This document shows positions 9,594 to 21,138 of a stretch of DNA of 64,000 bases, piece by piece. Source of the stretch: Thecamonas trahens ATCC 50062. Its lineage: Eukaryota > Protista > Apusomonadida. Location: NCBI RefSeq assembly GCF_000142905.1, contig NW_013657663.1, positions 434,001 through 498,000 on the forward strand, read 5' to 3'. The notes beneath the pieces were generated by a model. The model did not search any database. It was not told the DNA's origin and was given only the letters and a program-made list of their open reading frames with translations. Positions within the stretch are counted from its first letter, which is position 1, and the number at the start of each line of letters is the position of its first letter. A program made the translations under genes and the position numbers.

Positions 9594-11483
9594 ATGAGAT
9601 GGAACATGTGGGCATGTATGGTATTGGTGGTGGTTGGAGTGGTGGGACTGAGAATGGCCGCCGCGAAGAGAACGAGCTCGATGCCTTCCGCATACATGAC
9701 GACGGGCACAAACGATGCCAACCAACAGAGTGCAGAAGCATCAACGCAACGTAGGATCCAAGAGCAACATCCAGCGTCATTATCGGCGACTGCGCGAGTG
9801 GTTGAAGGCAGGCCAGCCGAGTCCGGTGCCTATCCACCGCTGGCAGTGCTTCTCAGATCTGGTGCTGTCCGTTGTGTGGCCTCCATCATCTCGCCGCAAG
9901 TCCTCCTCACCGCCGCGCACTGCACCATCGGTTCGTCGCCAAGCGATTGGACGGCCAGAGTTGGCTCTAATCTGCCATTTGAAGGTGGCACGACTCACTC
10001 GGTTGCTCGTATTGTGGTCCATGATGGATACAACTCGCAGACGTTTGCCAACGATGTCTCGCTCCTCATCCTCTCCGCGCCCGTCGTCTACTCGCCCACT
10101 GTTGCCCCGCTCATTCTGGCCTCGGCGGAGATTGCAGCTGGCACAAATGTGACCGTCGCCGGGTGGGGCTTACAGGCAACATCCGATACCCAGGCAGCTC
10201 CATCGCTGATCGAGGCAGTCATGAGCTCCGCGCCCATGTCCGAGTGCGAGGCAAAGGGCTCGTCCAACACCGGCTCTGTTGTCTGCGCTCTGCCCATCGC
10301 CGGCAGCGATACCTGCCAAGGCGATTCAGGTGGGCCGATGCTGACCGGCTCGTCAGCCATCCGATTCTATGTCTCGGGCGGGGTGCTCTCGTTCGGCGGC
10401 ACGAGCTGCGGCACGTTCTCAGTCTTTGCTTCCATCCCGAGCTACCGCCCATGGATCGAGGCCAGCATTCCAGCTGACCAGCGGACGCTGCTGGTCTCCG
10501 GAAACCCCAACGCGGTCACTTTAGTCGTCCACACCGATTCTCTGCCCGCGACCGTCTTTGAGCTTGCCGAGCTCCGGGGCAACATTGTCGTCAACAGCTC
10601 ACGCTCGCTACTGGGCCAGTTCTCGCGCCTCTCCTCGGGCGCCTCGCTATCTATCGAGGCGCCGTTCTCGGTCACTCGCACCCTCGCCCTCGACAACAAC
10701 TCGACCCTCGTCACTCGTACCGGCACTGCTTCCATCGGCACCGTCATCTTTGCTCCGACTTCTGTCTACCGCATGGAGCTCACCTCGGGCTCACCCACCT
10801 ATCTGCAAGTCGGCTCGGTCGCCGGCCTCGGCGGAACGCTGGAGATTGTCGCCACAGGCTCGTACCGTCCGGTCCCAGGCCTTGCCTTTCGCGCGCTCAG
10901 CTACCGTGTCAAGACAGGCGCCTTTAGCAACGTCATCTACCGTGATCTCTCGTCGCCCGCGCCTCCGCCGATGGGCCCGGCACCGCCGCCGGCGCCGCCG
11001 ACCAACGCCTCCCGCGCCGCCCGCCGGTCACTAGCGCAGTCATCGGCCGGAACCGTCCAGTCAGCTTCGCTCGTCTGTGGCGCCTCCGAGTGCGTGGTCA
11101 CCCTCCTTGACTCGACGCCGGCCTCAAACACCGGCCTCGAGTCCGAGATCATCATCGGGGTCGTCGTTGTCGCCGGCCTGGCCCTCCTCGCCATCGGCGC
11201 CATCTTTTGCTACTGCTTCTGCTTCAAGACCAAGACCAAGACCGGCCCCAACGCTCTGCAGCGTCGCCAAACTACCCAGCCGCAGTACGCTGCGGGTAAG
11301 ACTCGCAGCCACGACTCGTCATCGTCCGGCTGCGAGTACGGCATCATCAGCAAGGCATCAGCCAAGAAAAGCAGGCCCAGCCGTCCCGATCCCATGTCGT
11401 GGTCGTCAACCCAGTCGGGCCCAGGCTCGGCCTCGGCCTCGGCCTCGGCCTCGGCGTCGTACTCTGCATCGTCCTATTCGTGA
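9594..11483 (+). CDS. Membrane-anchored trypsin-like serine protease (S1) with an extra beta-rich ectodomain and C-terminal TM
   Basis: Hydrophobic N-terminus after ATG 9594; activation site R-VVEG; catalytic LTAAHC, NDVSLL, DTCQGDSGGP; TM IIIGVVVVAGLALLAIGAIFC. Confidence 0.9.
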   Translation: MRWNMWACMVLVVVGVVGLRMAAAKRTSSMPSAYMTTGTNDANQQSAEASTQRRIQEQHPASLSATARVVEGRPAESGAYPPLAVLLRSGAVRCVASIISPQVLLTAAHCTIGSSPSDWTARVGSNLPFEGGTTHSVARIVVHDGYNSQTFANDVSLLILSAPVVYSPTVAPLILASAEIAAGTNVTVAGWGLQATSDTQAAPSLIEAVMSSAPMSECEAKGSSNTGSVVCALPIAGSDTCQGDSGGPMLTGSSAIRFYVSGGVLSFGGTSCGTFSVFASIPSYRPWIEASIPADQRTLLVSGNPNAVTLVVHTDSLPATVFELAELRGNIVVNSSRSLLGQFSRLSSGASLSIEAPFSVTRTLALDNNSTLVTRTGTASIGTVIFAPTSVYRMELTSGSPTYLQVGSVAGLGGTLEIVATGSYRPVPGLAFRALSYRVKTGAFSNVIYRDLSSPAPPPMGPAPPPAPPTNASRAARRSLAQSSAGTVQSASLVCGASECVVTLLDSTPASNTGLESEIIIGVVVVAGLALLAIGAIFCYCFCFKTKTKTGPNALQRRQTTQPQYAAGKTRSHDSSSSGCEYGIISKASAKKSRPSRPDPMSWSSTQSGPGSASASASASASYSASSYS

Positions 11484-11701
11484 TGCATGCACCGCGCCGC
11501 CCACAGGCCACCCACGGGGTGCCTTTGCCTTAGACCGGCTAACGAAAGCCATCCTCTCTACCATTTGCTCGCCCATCTCTCATAACCTGTAAATCGTTGC
11601 GAGCTTGACCAGTCCGCCGCACAACAGCCCCGCCGCGTCCACGCCACTCGTCTCCACTCGCTGCCACTCCCTCCACACATCTCCATCACGTCATCGATTA
11701 C

Positions 11702-13255
11702 ATGTCCGACGCCATGTTCGAGGAGAACCAGGTCTGGTACCGAGTCCTGCGCATGCTCAACTTCTCGATTCCTCACGCTGACTATGCCGCGAGCTATGCC
11801 GATGATCTGAGCCAGAGCGCAGCTTGGGGCGCTTCCATCGAAGCCACTCATGGCCGCCTCATCGACTTCCTGCAAGACTCGCCGGCCGATGATGGCATTG
11901 CGCTCGACGACCACTTGAAGATGGCACGGACAAAAGCCGTCAAGCCGATCCGAGAGATGCTCGCGCCGTATGCTGTTGCCGCAGCCACGCTTCCGTCCGG
12001 CCTCATGTTGCCGTTTACCGGTCGCAACGGCCTCAAGTCGTTGGCCAGCGATCGTCCGCCGCCGACGCCCGATGCGACGGGTGATGACGACACGCGACCC
12101 CGCTTGCTCTCCATCGACATCGTCAAGGCCAACTGGACTGTGCTTGCCCTCCGATGCCGAGCAGAATGTGGCATCGCTGGGCGTGAGCCATGGCTCTCGT
12201 GGCCCGATGCGCTGGAGGCACTCGGTCTCCCGCCGCTCTTTGCTCACCATCGGTTCTTCCGCCAGTGGGCCGTCTCCACCACTCCAGAGGTACCTGCTGC
12301 TGCTGTTGTTGATCTCCAACAGCAGCTTGTACTCCACGCCCAGGCTAGCCTTGCCCTGGCCCTCGGAGTGTCTGCTTCTGATCTCGACGCTGCCGTCGTC
12401 TTCCGCTCCAATGACGAGGTCGTCTTTGACCTCGACGTTGCCCCGGCTTCCCTCGACGACCTACACGCTGCCCTCGCTGCGGGCCTGGACCTTGGTGCAC
12501 CTTGGCTGGCTGGCGAGCCGCTGTGTCTTGGCTCACATCTCCACGCCACGGCCTACTCGCTCCACGCGGTCGAATCGGGCTTCATCAAGCACATCACTCA
12601 TGTTGACGGAGCCGCACAGCGTCTCCTCACCACCTTTGCTGTGCCTGGCCATGCATTCTGGTCGATGACCACCAAGTACGTGCTGGGCATCGAGCGGAAG
12701 TTCCACCATACCCTCGAGGATCCAATCTGTGCCTCGCTTCACAATGCTGGTCTCGCACCCGGACAGGTCAATGCTGCAGCTGTCGCGGATCTCGCTGCTC
12801 AGGCCACTGCTGCTGCTGCGGATCGGGACTTTCCCTACGGCAGGTCTGCGCATCGCCACATCCGCATTGGACCGTCGGCGCTGGTTCCAGTTGCGCCGCA
12901 CGTGTTCGTCGGATCCAAGCTCGACGCGGCATCTCCCGAGCTGCTCGCGGCGCTCGGCATTGTTCGCGTCATCAGCGCACGAGCCAAGCAGAGCAGGTCT
13001 GTAGAAGCTGCCCGTGCACTGTTGCGGGATCTGGACGATACTCCAAACATCGGTACGTCTGATGAGCATGCTATCATGTTTATCGGGCCCGAGACGTCTG
13101 CAGGAGGCGCGGCGGCGGCCGCAGCGTTTGCGGTGGCGCGGCTCGGCGTGGCGCCGGCCGACGCCCAGGCCGCAGTCGTCCGCAGCCGCGGCCAAGCGGA
13201 TGCGTTGACCACAGCTCAGGCCCAGACGCTTGCCGCACTTCACGCAGACCTGTAG
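11702..13255 (+). CDS. Hypothetical protein: polymerase-palm-like N-terminal domain plus C-terminal DUSP-like pseudophosphatase
   Basis: Long ORF with coding-like codon use. Motifs SIDIVKANW, RFFRQ and FRSNDEVVF. C-terminal VAPHVFVGSKLDAASPELLAALGIVRVIS matches the DUSP N-terminal pattern, but HCxxGxxR is absent. Confidence 0.7.
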   Translation: MSDAMFEENQVWYRVLRMLNFSIPHADYAASYADDLSQSAAWGASIEATHGRLIDFLQDSPADDGIALDDHLKMARTKAVKPIREMLAPYAVAAATLPSGLMLPFTGRNGLKSLASDRPPPTPDATGDDDTRPRLLSIDIVKANWTVLALRCRAECGIAGREPWLSWPDALEALGLPPLFAHHRFFRQWAVSTTPEVPAAAVVDLQQQLVLHAQASLALALGVSASDLDAAVVFRSNDEVVFDLDVAPASLDDLHAALAAGLDLGAPWLAGEPLCLGSHLHATAYSLHAVESGFIKHITHVDGAAQRLLTTFAVPGHAFWSMTTKYVLGIERKFHHTLEDPICASLHNAGLAPGQVNAAAVADLAAQATAAAADRDFPYGRSAHRHIRIGPSALVPVAPHVFVGSKLDAASPELLAALGIVRVISARAKQSRSVEAARALLRDLDDTPNIGTSDEHAIMFIGPETSAGGAAAAAAFAVARLGVAPADAQAAVVRSRGQADALTTAQAQTLAALHADL

Positions 13256-13265
13256 CGAGGCAGCG

Positions 13266-14672
13266 TTAGGCACTCTCAGCTGCGGCAGGGACGTAAATCT
13301 TGGGCAGGCCCTTGCCCATCGAGACGGTGAACGCGCCGCTGGCGCCGGTGACGAGGCAGTCCGAGTCGGCCGGGACGGCCAGTGCGTTACAGATCTTGAC
13401 GCCCGCGGTGTACGGCGAGTAGGTGATGGAGATGTCAAACGAAGCACCCGAGTTGGTGAGAGCGACCAAGGTAGATCCGCGGGAAAAGGCGTAGAAGTTA
13501 TCGGTCGAGTACCGCTGGACTTGCGGGAAGGACCAGGCCGTGGTGTTCTTCCGCAGCGAGTTGAGCTGCGCGAGGAAAGCGTACATGGGCGTCGAGGTCT
13601 GGAACTTGGTGGGCCAGAGGATCTCGCGGTTGGCCGGATCGTTGCCGCCGGCAAAGTACTGCTCAGTCCCGTAGTACACAATGGGCACGCCTTGTGAGAA
13701 GAGGACAAAGGTGAGAGCGTTGAGGTACTGCGGGATCTTGTTGGTGTTCTGGTAGAGGAACCGCGGGTTGTCGTGGTTGTCGATAAAGGTACCAAGGATG
13801 GAGGCGTCCGGAAAGCCTTTGTAAGCGTCGACCTGCGACTGGATGAGGTTCATCGACTGGCCATCCTGGAAGACGGAGCGTAGGGTGAAGAACATTGGAT
13901 ACGAGAGCGTGGCGTCGACGCCGTGCTTTTGGTACGCGATGTTGCACTCGACCGACGAGTAGACCTCGCCGACAATGTAGACGCCAGCCTCAGCCTGGAC
14001 CCGGGCCCAAAAGTCCTGATTGATGTACATGACGGTGTCGGCACGAATGCCGTCAAACTGGTACTCGCTGATCATGCGGCCGACCCAAGCGACGAGCTCG
14101 TCGGCCACGGTAGCGTTCTGCTGATTGAGATCCGGCAGGCTTGCCAGCCGGCAGTGGAGGACTTCCTCGGTGAAGCACACGTACTGAGACACGCTGCACT
14201 GAGGATGGTAGTCGCCTGGATGTGAGAAGGGAGTGATGGCCGAGAACTGCGAGCCAACAGGACCAACGTGATTGAGGACAATGTCCAGCATGACCCACAT
14301 GTCGCGACGATGGGCGGCGTCGACGAGGGCCTTGAGATCAGCTGCGGAACCAAAGTGAGAGTTGATGGTGCTAAAGTCCTTTGCCCAGTAACCATGATAA
14401 CCACCAGGAGTATTGGTGACAACCGGCGAGATCCAAATGGCATCAAAGCCCATGCCCTCGATGTAGTCAAGATGATCAATGAGACCAGAAAAAGTTCCTC
14501 CACAGTAATCGTTGAGATTGCATGAATCCGTCACAGGACCTCCAAACCGGTCTGTCAGCACCTGATACACGCTCCGCGCCTTCCACTCTTCGGCACTACC
14601 ACACAGCCCATGCTTAGTCACCAGTACCACCAGGAAAACTCCGGCGAGAAGTAGTTGCTTGGTTGTAGCCAT
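13266..14672 (-). CDS. Secreted alpha-amylase (GH13, Taka-amylase/fungal type)
   Basis: Signal peptide from ATG 14672; YQVLTDRF, GFDAIWISP, YHGYW, DIVLNH, catalytic GIRADTV / GEV / FIDNHD, YYGTEQ, DPANRE. Confidence 0.95.
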   Translation of the reverse strand: MATTKQLLLAGVFLVVLVTKHGLCGSAEEWKARSVYQVLTDRFGGPVTDSCNLNDYCGGTFSGLIDHLDYIEGMGFDAIWISPVVTNTPGGYHGYWAKDFSTINSHFGSAADLKALVDAAHRRDMWVMLDIVLNHVGPVGSQFSAITPFSHPGDYHPQCSVSQYVCFTEEVLHCRLASLPDLNQQNATVADELVAWVGRMISEYQFDGIRADTVMYINQDFWARVQAEAGVYIVGEVYSSVECNIAYQKHGVDATLSYPMFFTLRSVFQDGQSMNLIQSQVDAYKGFPDASILGTFIDNHDNPRFLYQNTNKIPQYLNALTFVLFSQGVPIVYYGTEQYFAGGNDPANREILWPTKFQTSTPMYAFLAQLNSLRKNTTAWSFPQVQRYSTDNFYAFSRGSTLVALTNSGASFDISITYSPYTAGVKICNALAVPADSDCLVTGASGAFTVSMGKGLPKIYVPAAAESA

Positions 14673-14836
14673 GTCTTTTCCCCCCTGTTCTACGTCAAGT
14701 GGGGTGTGGGGTGACGGGTCGGGGTCGGGGGGAGGGTGGCGGTGAGCCTGGGAGGAAGGCGGCAGGCCAGGGGCTGGTGGTCGGCGCTGCGGCTGTGGTG
14801 TGTGGTATGGTGAGGAGCGGGGAATGATCTGTATGT

Positions 14837-16846
<2,010 letters not shown>

Positions 16847-18121
16847 TCACACACGCAGGTGAGCGAGTTGACGTTGAGCAACCAGTGCCTCGAGCCTACC
16901 AGCACCGGCCTTGTGGTTGTTGCTTGTGAGATGCGCGGCGCCCTGTTGTGCAGCGGCGGTGCGTTCATGCCATCATTGAGTTTGGCAAGCGCAAGTAAGC
17001 GGCGAGCAGTGAGGGTGGCCATTGAGAGCAGGGCGGGGGGTGGGGCGGAGGTGGGGGGGGGGGGGGGAGGAGGGGTCAGTGTTCGCAGTCGCGATCAGTT
17101 TGGGCGGGAGACCGAGAGCCGATCGGGAAGGTGGAACCGGCCAGAGTCGAGAGGGTGAGAGAGTTGCGGGGAAGGGTTTCCGGAAGGGGGAAGAGAGGGT
17201 GCAGTTGTGAGTATAGCATACATGTGTGTGTGAGGGGGGTGGGGGGTGGGAGGGAGGGGATGGGTAAGGGTATGGAGAAGGGAAGGGGGAAGAGGCAATG
17301 GTTGTGGGAAGGTCGTCCTGAAGAAGGTCGTGATACGACACGCGGTGTCAGTTGATCACAACGGCTGGTTGGGGAAGAGAGAGGGAGTGGGGGAGAGGAA
17401 AGGGGAAAGGTGTATACACACACATAGCGAGTGTAGATGGTTATGTAGTATGTTGCTATGGTTGGGGACGGGGTATTGTTCAAGAAGTATTCATGGCTCC
17501 CTCGCCTTGGCTAAGGTCGTGGCCGGTGGCTGACTGGAAACGTACTCAAGGAAAAGCCGTTGGTCGTGGTGTTCCCCAAGGGCGCCAAGTGCGAGCTGTC
17601 GACAGCACAATTGATCGAGTCCAACCATTGGTGAGCCAAAAAGGAATGATCCAGGTGGAATCTGACCATTAATTGCCGAAAAAAACCATCGTTTCCCTGA
17701 CCCCCCCCTTTTGCAGCAGAGGGCAAGATCATGATGATATGATGGGGATGATTACGAGAGGGGGCGTGGGAGGGAGGGAGGGGCGGCGGCGGTGGCGGCG
17801 GGGGGGTAGGTGAGTGTTATTTTCAGCTCATGGGTCCTGGGTATGGGCCATGGTCCTGACCATCGATGAATGATTTGATCGTGTGGAGGCCATCAAGTAG
17901 CCGATTATTGAGATTATTGTGATGAGATGGCACCGGCCGTTGGTTGCTTGGTTGGCCACCACCACTCGCCACTCGGCCCGCCAACAGACCGTAGGGACGG
18001 GGTTGGTTGAAGTGAGCCCAGGAGGACGATTCGTGCACAAGTGGGCAAGACCAAGGACATAGACAGATAGCTTAGTGAGAGGACAACAAGGTCGTGTGGT
18101 TGTTGATTGGCTACAGGTGAT

Positions 18122-20161
18122 ATGCAGGCTGTTATTGCTCGTATTGTGGCAGACATCCGCAGACGATGTGCGAGCGAGTTTGGCATGAAGGTGGCGCCAG
18201 CACTGGCCGGCGCAATGGTTCGCAAAGTGGTTCTGGATCCATCGGCTGGCTTTGAACTGGACAAAGAGCTGAGAGATGATGATGTGGAGCGACTGGTGGA
18301 GATGGCGGTGGAAGCACTGGCCGAGGAGAACTCGCCAGAGTTGGACGCCCTCAAGCTGAGCCTCGACTACGACTCGCTGAGCTCGGAGAATCCTGTCCTT
18401 GTCCGGGCGCTAGAGCGAGAAAAGGCAGCCGATGCCATGCGCAAGTCGCTGCTGGAGGATGTCATCAAGTCCAAGGCTCGCGGCATTGCTGCCCTCTCGG
18501 CACTCTACCGCAAGATCCTCAACTATGTGGTGGCAGCCGGCCGCCTGACCGAGGTTGACACGGCGGCGAGTGCAGGGGCCGGCGCGGGAGCAGGAGCTGT
18601 GAGTGGCGGCGATGTTGGCGACGACGCCGCGGGTGAGGAAGAGAAGAGTGTGCTGCTTGCGCCGTCGAGCGCGATGCTGAAGGAGTGCAACGCGGCGCTC
18701 GAGTCGATCTTCCCGCACTCTGAGTTGCCTGCCTTTGTCATGTTGTCGGCGTCGGACAAGACGCAGCAGCTGAACGAGATGGCCAAGATTGTGGTGGGCA
18801 TTCTCTTGTACAACCGTAGCATCGGCAAGGGCGGCTCGCACATTGTGGACGTGCCTGGCGAGCTGCTCGACGAGTCGCGGCAGCTGCGCGAGGCCGTTTC
18901 TGGGACGGCGCATCTTTTGGCGGAGCGGATTTCGGGCTACACGGCGCTGCTCAACCACATCCAGTTTTGCAACGCGCGGCTTCCGGTCTCGCTCGATCGG
19001 CTCAACGCCGAGCTGAGCAACCGACGGCTGCTGCTGCAGTACATGGAGTCGCTGCTGGACACGGCGTCGGGGCTCAAGGCGACGGTCAACTCATCGATTG
19101 CGGCGCTGAACAACAAGCTCGACGGTATTCATGGCATCGTGGTGGCCAAGCACGCGGTGCCGACGGAGCAGGTCTACCCGCGGTTTGTCGAGGTCTTTCA
19201 CATGTGGGACAACCTCGCAACACTGCGGCTGCAGGCCTCGTCGATCCGGCTTGTCTACGACACGATGAGCCGGTACCTCGACTCGTTCCGCTCGTCGCTC
19301 GAGCCTGCGCTGGTGGCGCAGGCCAACGCGGCGCTTGCGCAGTTGCAGCGCAAGGGTGAGGATGAGGGCGAGAGTGAGGACGAGGGCGCGGATGCGGGCG
19401 CGAGCGGCGGCGTAAGCGGCAGCGACGAGGCGGCGGCGGCAGAGACGCTCGCGCACGGAGTGTACGTCGCACCGCACGAGGTCGAGTCGAACCTCGGGCT
19501 GGCGGGCTATTGCCCGTGGACGCTCGTCTACCGCAACGCCATGCTCCTGCCGGGCGATGCGTCGCTCGGTGGGGTCCTCTTCCGTGGGCGTCACTACGTG
19601 TGCGTGGACGAGGCTGCGCTGGCGGCGTTCCAGGCGCATCCGGGCAAGTACCTGGCGACGATCGGCGAGCTCGTGGCCAATGACCCGGAGCTGATGGCGT
19701 TGCTGGCGGCCAATGAGCCTGACACGCTCGCGTGGGCGGCGGCGATGCTCGAGGGCGGCAGGAGCGGTGGGGCCGGCGCAGGCGCAGGCGCGGGCTTGGG
19801 CTTGAGTGCGGGAAGCGACGGCCCCGCGACGCGCGAGGTGGGCATCCAGACCGAGGTCCACCCGCTGGCGCCAAACAAGGATCCGGACTATGAGTGGAAT
19901 GAGTGGAACTTGCGGCGCAAGGCGCTGATGTACGTCAACCTGCGGACCAAGGCGACGCGGTCTGCGCAGACGGCAGCGTCGGCATTCCGGGCCGAGGCGA
20001 CAACGCAGCACTATATGCCCAAGGAGGCACGAACGCAAACAACCGTCGATGCGTCGACCAATGTCCATCCGCGTGCGCGGTACGTGGCAGGTCTCCGTGG
20101 CAAGCCCGGCAAAGGCCAAGTCCAAGTCGTTGATCTCACGCTGGACATCAACATTGATTGA
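18122..20161 (+). CDS. CFAP206: Cilia- and flagella-associated protein 206
   Basis: ALESIFPHSEL..QLNEMAKIVVGILLYNR, VPTEQVYPRF, GYCPWT, QTEVHP..DPDYEWNEWNLRRKAL, TQHYMPKEARTQT. Confidence 0.9.
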   Translation: MQAVIARIVADIRRRCASEFGMKVAPALAGAMVRKVVLDPSAGFELDKELRDDDVERLVEMAVEALAEENSPELDALKLSLDYDSLSSENPVLVRALEREKAADAMRKSLLEDVIKSKARGIAALSALYRKILNYVVAAGRLTEVDTAASAGAGAGAGAVSGGDVGDDAAGEEEKSVLLAPSSAMLKECNAALESIFPHSELPAFVMLSASDKTQQLNEMAKIVVGILLYNRSIGKGGSHIVDVPGELLDESRQLREAVSGTAHLLAERISGYTALLNHIQFCNARLPVSLDRLNAELSNRRLLLQYMESLLDTASGLKATVNSSIAALNNKLDGIHGIVVAKHAVPTEQVYPRFVEVFHMWDNLATLRLQASSIRLVYDTMSRYLDSFRSSLEPALVAQANAALAQLQRKGEDEGESEDEGADAGASGGVSGSDEAAAAETLAHGVYVAPHEVESNLGLAGYCPWTLVYRNAMLLPGDASLGGVLFRGRHYVCVDEAALAAFQAHPGKYLATIGELVANDPELMALLAANEPDTLAWAAAMLEGGRSGGAGAGAGAGLGLSAGSDGPATREVGIQTEVHPLAPNKDPDYEWNEWNLRRKALMYVNLRTKATRSAQTAASAFRAEATTQHYMPKEARTQTTVDASTNVHPRARYVAGLRGKPGKGQVQVVDLTLDINID

Positions 20162-20593
20162 ACACGTTTGGCCTTCCCCTCCCCTCCCTCCTCCTCCTCC
20201 CCCCTTTACCACTATCCACCGACCGCCATGATGGCGATCTGAGCCTCTACGACCCAGTTCTAAGGCTAGCGGGCGCGATGTGAGAGGGCGATGGCGAGAT
20301 GGACAGGCAGCCAACACACCGATGAACGACAAGGGATGAGGCAGGTCTCCTCCCCCCCCCCCCCTCCCCTCCTCCTCCTCCTGCACCCTCTACGTATCTT
20401 GAGCAGTTGGTACTTGACTCTACTCTCCCCCCATCCGCGGGCATAGGGCATAGATAGGACAGAGGAAGAGAGAGCGATGGCACCAGGAGGGCTTGATTCC
20501 ATGGTTGTTCTCCAGATCCTCTGCGTGGCTGGCTCGTTGTCCTTGATGTTGTCTCCGTAGTATGTGTCGTGGGGAGAGGGAGAGGTGGCGGCG

Positions 20594-21138
20594 NNNNNNN
20601 NNNNNNNNNNNNNNNNNNNNNNNNNNNNNNNNNNNNNNNNNNNNNNNNNNNNNNNNNNNNNNNNNNNNNNNNNNNNNNNNNNNNNNNNNNNNNNNNNNNN
20701 NNNNNNNNNNNNNNNNNNNNNNNNNNNNNNNNNNNNNNNNNNNNNNNNNNNNNNNNNNNNNNNNNNNNNNNNNNNNNNNNNNNNNNNNNNNNNNNNNNNN
20801 NNNNNNNNNNNNNNNNNNNNNNNNNNNNNNNNNNNNNNNNNNNNNNNNNNNNNNNNNNNNNNNNNNNNNNNNNNNNNNNNNNNNNNNNNNNNNNNNNNNN
20901 NNNNNNNNNNNNNNNNNNNNNNNNNNNNNNNNNNNNNNNNNNNNNNNNNNNNNNNNNNNNNNNNNNNNNNNNNNNNNNNNNNNNNNNNNNNNNNNNNNNN
21001 NNNNNNNNNNNNNNNNNNNNNNNNNNNNNNNNNNNNNNNNNNNNNNNNNNNNNNNNNNNNNNNNNNNNNNNNNNNNNNNNNNNNNNNNNNNNNNNNNNNN
21101 NNNNNNNNNNNNNNNNNNNNNNNNNNNNNNNNNNNNNN
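20594..21138. other. Assembly gap (N run)
   Basis: 545 Ns; truncates the 3' end of the polymerase gene. Confidence 1.

Noticed and set aside
17452-17465. RFX X-box upstream of ciliary CFAP206 (GTTGCTATGG)
   Set aside because: Only a half match and about 670 bp from the ATG; chance-level.
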